From Salpingoeca rosetta (Eukaryota > Protista > Choanoflagellata), in NCBI GenBank assembly GCA_033442325.1, contig JAWQFM010000005.1, positions 1,595,171 through 1,659,170 of the forward strand: DNA of 64,000 nucleotides, in the 5' to 3' direction. Shown here in pieces: positions 56,301-64,000 of this stretch; the stretch's first letter is position 1; every line of letters begins with the position of its first letter. Under the pieces are notes generated by a model. That model ran no database searches, was not told the DNA's origin, and saw nothing but the letters and a program-made list of their open reading frames with translations. Position numbers and translations under genes: made by a program.

Positions 56301-58407
56301 AGGTTTGAACGTGACGCGGCCGTGTTCAAGATCCCCGTACACTTTCTCGAGTACATCTTTGTGCTGGGGAGCACGGTTGCTGTTGCGCTGTTCTGGGCTG
56401 GCCAGTGCGGCGATGGCATATGCGCCATCCTGGGCGGTGGCGGCCAAATCCTCCGCCTGACCTATCGCTTCAAGAGTAACCTGTCCTTCCTGCAGATTGT
56501 GGATGGCATCCTGGAAATTTCCTTCAAGGTCATCTCCATCATCGCCTTTGTTGTGTTCTCCTACGCCGTGTTGAGCTACGAGATTTACCGCGATGTGCCC
56601 GCGTTTGAGCCGTACTACTGCGCGCGCAACTTTGACGAGAACCACTGCGTGCTTGAGCCCTCTGGCGATATTGTCGACCCGTCTGGCAACTCAACGACGG
56701 CCATTGAGGGCAACTTCGACTCGCTCGCGTGCAGCTCATTTGTCATGTTTCAGCTCTTCACCACGTCGGACTGGCACACGCTCATGTTCACTGTCGCTGA
56801 ATACCGCACGCCCTGGGACTCGCTCTTCTTCATCTCCCTGTACGTTGCTGTGTGTTGCATGTTGGGCGTTTGTGTTGTGGGCATCGTTCATATGCATGCG
56901 AGTCGCAACTGTGCGTGTGTGTGAGCTGCATCTGTGTGTGTGCGTGATGTAGCTGCCTGTGTGTCATGTGTGGTTTTGCGAGAGTGTCCTTTTGTGTGTT
57001 GCAAATGTTCGCGTGGCTTTTCGTGTCCTCACTCACAGCCAACTCCTGTTGTCCTTATCCGTCTTCCCGGGCGCCAACTCAGGTTCCTGCTGCTGCAAGT
57101 TGTGCTGATGTCGCTGATGGTCGGTACCTCCATCGAGGCGTTCTTCCTCATTCGCGAGAACAGAACAAAGGCCAACAAGAACAAGAACAAGCAGGGCAGC
57201 CAGGGCGCGGATGGTGGTGGCGGCGGCGGCGGCACGAACGGAGGTAAGAGGGAGTTCGCTACGACCGAAACCATGTGATGCACTGATTTGCATACATTCA
57301 CGTGGGCCTGCGCGGTTCGGCGTGTGCTTGTGTGCTGGTGGCTCATGACCTTGTTGTCCGCGCTATTGTGCACGTGAATGTTATGCTCGCGTTCCTATTC
57401 CTCACGGACACTGCGTGCACGTTTGCGTGCCTGTGGTCGCGAATCGTCACCAGAAAAACGACAGGGCTCCAAACTCAAGAAGCGTCTGCTGCACTCCGTT
57501 CAGCGTCTCAGCCTCTTCAGCCGAAAGGTGCGTGACATGTGCATGCGTGTGTTTGCATGTGCGTGTGTGTGTTTGCACGTGTTTGTTTGTATGTGTATGT
57601 GTGCAAGCAGCCCTTGCGCTTTTGTCTCCTTGTGGACGAAAATCGTGTTTGCATGGGCAGTACGTTCTTGCAATAGCAGCCACTCGTCACATTTGTCCAT
57701 ACCGCCACTCGCAGTTGCTTACCTTGCTGCCACCTTGCGCAAATGGCATTCATTGCTCCCACCCTTGCTTGCTCATGCGCTTGCATTGTCTTGCTCGTTT
57801 TGGTTGCGACAGCGCAAAGATGCGACAAGCAGCATGGTGGTCAAAGTCACGCCTGCGGATGGCACAACCGGTGACGAGCACACGCTCGCCGCAGATCAGT
57901 CGTCAGGTCATCCCCACGTACAGGTACGTGTGCATGTGTGTCCGAGTGTATATGTATGTGCGTGTGTGCGTATGTGCGTATCCTTATATGTGCGCGTGTA
58001 TCCATATGGGTGCGTGTCCATACGCGTGTGTATGTGTGTGTGTGTGTGCGTATTGGCACGTGCTTTCGAAATGCAATTTGAAGAACGTTCTGTCCTTTGT
58101 TTCAAGTTAGTCACGCCACCACCACTTGCGCTCTATCCATCATTGCGGCACCATTTTTCAAAGGAACCCCAAGGGCATTTCCAGGATCAGGTGGCGCAAC
58201 GACGACGAAAGCTCGGTTTGTTTTGGATGACGACAAGGCGTGTGTGTGTGCATGTATGTCTATGCGTGTGCGTGTGTGCGTGTGCGTGTGTGTGCTTCTT
58301 TGCATGTGGCGTATTTCTGTCCAGCTCAATCGCGGTGTGATGACATTTCGATACCCAGACCAAATGATGTCATTCACCCCACCCGGCGCTTGATGTGGTG
58401 GTGTTGC

Positions 58408-58439
<32 letters not shown>

Positions 58440-59930
58440 TCACTCACTCACTCACTGACTCACTCACTCACTCACTCACTCACTCACTCACGCACTCACG
58501 CACTCACGCACTCACGCACTCACTCACTCACTCTCTTGTTCTGTAGAGCAACGCAAAATGGAAAAGAAGAAGAAGCGCAAGGAAAAGCGGAGCGGCAAGC
58601 TGCCGTCACGCTGTGTTGCCATTGTCAATGAGAAGATGCACAAGGCAGGCGACCTTCCTCTTGTCAAGGTTCGAGCTTGTGTTGCGATCTGCGCAACATG
58701 CATGTTCCCACGTTTGCCCCCGTCTTGTGACACGACTGCGCTTTCGCTTTGTTGATGCTTGTGAAGGCTGGAACGGTGTCATCACATTCGTGCGTGCGCG
58801 CGTGTCTGTCTGATGCATCTGATGCATGCACCACATATGACGCTCTCTTGTTTCTTCTGTATTTATTGTCTCTCATGTGTTGAATTTTCATGACAAACCA
58901 GGGTGACGTGATTGACATTCTGGATCAGAAGGATGGCCGATACAAAGGTGAGCTTCGTGTGCGCGGAGACGAGAGAAAATAAACCACAGGGCAGAAGGAT
59001 GTATAGTGTGTATGTGGTGTGTGCGGAGTGTGCGGTGTCATGTGTGTGTGTGTGTGTATGCAACACCTCTTGATCTGCACGGGTTTGGTGAGTGTGTGGT
59101 CATCATCCATATTCCATGTCAGCGTGTCCTTGATCATCCACGCTGACGAGGCACGTCATTGTTCGCTGCCATCACTGTCACACCACCACCGTATTGTTCC
59201 GTTCAACACCAGGAAAATGTCGCGGGCGTGCTGGCTGGTTTGACGCCAAGTGTGCGCTTGTTGTTCTTGACGAAGACATGATGCACGCGCTGGAGCAAAA
59301 CTCCGACGTCAAGTATGAGTTCCAGCAGCAGAAGTCACACGTTGCGCAGACAACTGATGACTTCCTCATCATGAACTCGGTTCGTTTGTGGGATGCTTTT
59401 TGTGACGGTTTGTTTGTTTGTTTGTTTGTTTGTTTGTTTGTTTGTTTGTTTGTTTGTTTGTTTGTTTGTTTGTTTGTTTGTTTGTTTGTTTGTTTGTTTG
59501 TGTGTGGTTTTGTGCGCAACTTATCGTATCATTTTGCAGTTGCCTCACAGACAATTACAACACTCACAACACGTCTTCACCACCATCACCCATGCACGTG
59601 TGGCTCATGTCCTCCTTCCACTGCCGTGTTGTGTTTGAGCAGGGCGTGTCAAGGCGAGACATGGTGTCCGACAAAATCACGAACATGAACGCTGATGAGT
59701 TGATTGAGCTCAACAGTCTGGCAAAGGCCAACCTCTTTGCCCGCGGCTTCAACAAGATGGTACGTCCATGCATGTGATGTGCAGCTGCACCAAGCAAGCA
59801 GTGCTTGCTGATCATCTCATGTTGTGCTGCCCTGTGTTGTGCGTTCTGGAACCAGCATTCTGCTCCCTCTGCACGTGGTCATGAGATCATCTGATTCACC
59901 TACTTTGTCGATTGACCCATCTGCTGCAAT

Positions 59931-59962
<32 letters not shown>

Positions 59963-59973
59963 CACACGCACAC

Positions 59974-60005
<32 letters not shown>

Positions 60006-62129
60006 TCTCTTGTGTGTGCTTTGGAACTCACCAACTCCCTCCCCAACGCATGCCAATGCTGATTACACTCTGCAGAAAACGCCCCTGCGCCGCAACAAGG
60101 TTGGCCCGAACAGCGCAAACCCGAACGACAGCAGCGGCGGCGGCGGTGTTGGTGGCGGGTCACTGCCTCCATCACACAGGCGGCATGATTCAACGTCCAG
60201 CGCTGCCGCTGGTGACGGTAATGAACACAACAACAACTTCAAGAAGAAGCGACGGTCCTCTCCAGCAAAGATTCACTTTAGCCAGGAGCCTCCAAAGGGT
60301 ACGGCTTCCTGAGCACGTTGTGCGCTGCGCTGTTGTCTTGTTATTTTTTTGTGCTGCAGTCTTGTCAACCGACATACGCAGATGTGCCAGTGTTTGGACA
60401 GGGCTTGTGCGCTGTACGCCATGCAACCAGGCTTTCCATGCACACACACACACACACACATCCATTCCTTCTCATGCCGCCTTTGCTCACACAACACTTT
60501 ACAACACCAACTGCAGCTGGGTCCATATCCATCAACTCAAAGGCGAAGGAGCTTGCTGCCAGCTTCAGGCGCCGCTCCATTCAGCACCAGCAGACCCTCC
60601 AGCCGTTTGTGGAGGTGGAGGAGGACGAAGCAGATGCAGCTGCTGCCGCCAACCACGCCCCAGCCCCAGCCACAGCCACAACGACGACCACCGCCAACAA
60701 CAACACCAACAACAACACCAACAACAACAGCAGCAGCACTAAGAGTGACGACACTCCAACGATCATGAGTGGATCCTCCATTTCCAGCACGACGTCCAGC
60801 GGCACCAAGAGGTCCTCTGGCCTGCATGCTCTCCGCGACATAACGCGCGAGCGGCACACACCATCGCCGCGCGGCCGCCTCTCTCCGCCCATTCGCTCGA
60901 CCTCCACGCCTACAGACAGTGACTCAGAGACCGTCCATGAGGTGTGTTGCGTGTACACTGCGTGCGCGCTCCATGTGCACTGCGTGTGCGTTGCGTGTGT
61001 GCTCCGTGTGTGCTCCATGTGCGTTGCGTGTGTGCTGCGCATGTGTGTTTACTGACGTTTATCCTGCGTCACTTGTGTGCGCATGCAAACACGACCGTGT
61101 GCAGGAGCGCAAGGCTGCGTTAACGCGTGCTGCCAAGTTGGCAGTGCAGGCGATGGAGGCCATGCCGCAGAAGTCGGCAATGAAGACATCTGCGCCATCG
61201 ACCATCACAGACCCAGACGAGCTCACAAACACGTCCCGGTCAAGCAGGAAGAAGGTGTGTGTTTGTATGTGTGTACGTGTGTTCGTATGTGTACATACGT
61301 GCGCGTGTGTACGTGTGTTTGTATGTGTACGCACGTGTGCATGTGTGGACGCGCGTGCATATATAAGTATATGTGTGTGTGTGCACTTTGCTTTACAACC
61401 ACCACAGTCGTCGTCATTGTGGCCGTGTGAGTGCTGGTTGTTGGTGATGAAGTGGCTGGAAACACGCGCGTGCGTGCTCCGCCATCTCCGCTGTGTTGCA
61501 CAACGCTGCTTCGCCACGTCTCACGCGTATTTTGTGTGCATGTGCGTGTGTCATATTCAGGTGCTGTTTGCTGCCAGTGTCAAGCAGCAAGACGGATCAC
61601 GCAAGGATTTGGAAATTGCACAACAGAAAGAGAAAGCAAGACAAGAGGTACGCTTGTTGCTTGTGTCACTCGAATCAATATGTTTGAGTGCACCGATACG
61701 TACCATGCTGATGCATGTGTATGTGTGTGAATGCATTCAATATATCCACACACGCACACACGTGAGCATTTGCATTCACACACACACACAAACACTGGTG
61801 TCTTTCGCATTCAACGTTGTGTCTCACACATATGCACGCTGCCTGCGCTCAACTCTGCTTCATATTGCTGTCGTTTGGACAGGGCAAGCCACCAGACTGG
61901 ATCCAGTCGTTCCTTCAGAAGAAGAAAGTGAAGGTGGTTGAGGGAAGCCTTTCACCACGACCAGAAGAACAGCAGGGCGAGAGGAGCGACGCTGGCGACC
62001 GTGCTGCTGCTGCTGATGATGATGATGAGGACGACGAGGTTATGCGCGCCGTTGCAAACAGGCGTGCGTCGTTGGCGGTGAGTCGGCGTTATCCTTGCCT
62101 TGTCTGCCCTCTCGTTCCGTGCTGACCGT

Positions 62130-62185
<56 letters not shown>

Positions 62186-63259
62186 CGTGCGTGTGCGTGT
62201 GTGTGCGTGCGTGTGTGTATGCGTGTGTGTGTGCGTGTGCGTGTGCGTGTGTGTGTGTTGTGGTCGACCCATGCCAATTTGCGCCAACCCGCACATGACA
62301 TGGCGGCACTTTACGAGACGCTGTGTTGTTGTGGCTTGTTCCTATTGCTCACCCTCATCGTACCTGCTTCTGTCGCCACTGTGTATCGTCTACCGCGACA
62401 GGAGCGACCGGGGACACCGCACACGCGTTCCCCAACAAGCTCGCTCAGGGAGAAGCCAGGCCCAAGTAACAGTAACAACAAGCCAACAGCAATCGCAACA
62501 ACGGCTGGTGGTATGCGGGCACGGTCCCCACCACCCATGACAGACAAACCTCCACCGTACGACACGCTTGCCTCGCCATCATCCACCATCACCTCCACCA
62601 TCACCTCCACGACTGGTGGAGCAGCAATGCAGCAGAGGGGGCAGCAGACAGGGCTGTCAACATCAGCCACGTCGCTCATGTCAACGCTCTCCTCGTCATC
62701 GACGGGCGAGAGCGACAGTGCACGTGCGCGGCGACAGAAGAAGTTGGAGGAACAGAAGCGAAAAAGGAAAGCGCGCAACGCCAAGCAGCGACAGCAAGGG
62801 CAGTCGCCGCAACCCTCGCTGGACGGCAGCAACAGCAGCAGCACGACTGCTGATGCAAGCACGGCCAACCAAGGGGGCGGTGAGCACCGCAGCGGAAGTG
62901 GCAGTGGTGATGGCAACAGCGCACATGCAACTCCCTCTTCGCCAGCGGCGACAACATCCCCGTCACCGCAAATTCAGCTGAACACGCGCGAGCAAGCGAT
63001 GCAGCAGTTTCGAGCGGCGATGGCTGAGAAGCAGCGGTTCGTGAAACAGGCAGAAGGGGCGAAGAGCGACACCAGGGACAGTGACAACGACGCTGACGGC
63101 GACCAATCGTCGTCCTCGAACCACCTGGCTGTGCCCGAATCGCATGCTGGCACTCGCAGGAGCGGCAGCGAGGACGATGATGACGATGATGGCGAAGGAA
63201 GCACGGGCGGTTTTGACGTGATGGCCCAGCTCAACTTGATCAACTCCCAGCTGGGTTGA
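53388..63259 (+). CDS. Two-pore channel (TPC)-like 2x6TM cation channel with EF-hand-like linker and C-terminal SH3
   Basis: Domain I S4 PFRLLRPW and pore LSTTENYPNIMLP. Linker AFNMLDVHSVGWLSLDQW. Domain II pore NFDSL...FQLFTTSDWHTLM and S6 FFISL|FLLLQVVLMSLMVGTSIEAF. Exon 1 is 53388-56839. The tail exons carry an SH3 and low-complexity sequence ending NSQLG*. Confidence 0.88.
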
Positions 63260-63311
63260 TGTGTGTGTATTGTGTTGCGCGTGTATATGTGCGTGTATGT
63301 ATGTGTGTGTG

Positions 63312-63379
<68 letters not shown>

Positions 63380-63942
63380 GCTGAGCTTGTTGTTGGAGGC
63401 TGCTTGGATAGCAACCAGGTGGTGGTGTCTGAGACCACTCCAGTTGGTGAATGTGTGCGTTGTGTTCGAGCGATTTTGTACATATGTGTGTGTTTGTTTA
63501 CCAAGGCAAGGTTTGTGTGCCATCTGCCTTGGTCTTGTGCATTGTTTGGTTCAGTTCAGACAGTTTGCGATTGAGGGCTTGCTTGCATGTGTATGTGCAG
63601 CACCCCCTTGATCCGTGTTGCTTTGTTTGGAGGGAGATGGGGTGCAAGGGTGTATCACCAGATTGACTCTCATGTCACAGAGTAAATGACTGCTTTCCTC
63701 GCCGTCCCCGTCATTCATGGCCATCACAATCAACTCGTTTAATTGCAACGCTCCTCTGGTTTTGAACGTGTGTACACACGGCAATGCCACAAGTACAGGA
63801 GGCAGATCCTGTTTGGTCGAGCAGGAAAAGGGAGAGGAGGGGTGAGGAGAGGTGATGCGAATAGCAGTTCAGGACACAACAGCGTAACATCCCGAAACCA
63901 GCACGATAACACTGCAGCTCGCCTGGTGAGTGAAGCACCCGC

Positions 63943-63980
<38 letters not shown>

Positions 63981-64000
63981 GCACAAAATACATACGCACA

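Noticed and set aside
63551-63930. Possible last exons of a downstream minus-strand gene
   Set aside because: Acceptor-like sites exist, but there is no recognisable protein motif and the window ends.

Overview
Intron-rich, gene-dense eukaryotic DNA. GC-rich exons alternate with introns full of (CA/GT)n microsatellites, and the gene content (SH2, F-BAR, PLC-gamma-type, TPC) suggests a choanoflagellate such as Salpingoeca rosetta (inferred, not verified). Most ORF-track entries are microsatellite artefacts. I reconstructed 11 spliced genes by hand. In order: Raw-like tandem nucleoside-deoxyribosyltransferase-like protein (+, 5' partial), DXO/Rai1 (-), multi-pass membrane protein with an internal TIR domain (+), NHP2 (-, hosting an intronic box C/D snoRNA candidate), NUP205 (+), tandem-SH2 protein (-), a 100-N gap, three-repeat gelsolin/severin-like protein (-), PhyH-family dioxygenase with an apparent frameshift (-), FBP17/CIP4-like F-BAR-HR1-SH3 protein (+), PLC-gamma-like enzyme lacking the SH2-SH2-SH3 insert (-), and a two-pore-channel-like protein with acidic pore loops and a C-terminal SH3 (+). 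The most notable items are the membrane-embedded TIR protein beside DXO and Raw, the SH2/SH3-less PLC-gamma head-to-head with the SH3-tailed TPC, the snoRNA, and a possible gelsolin-SH2-SH2 fusion across the gap. Exon boundaries are approximate manual calls and no database searches were run.
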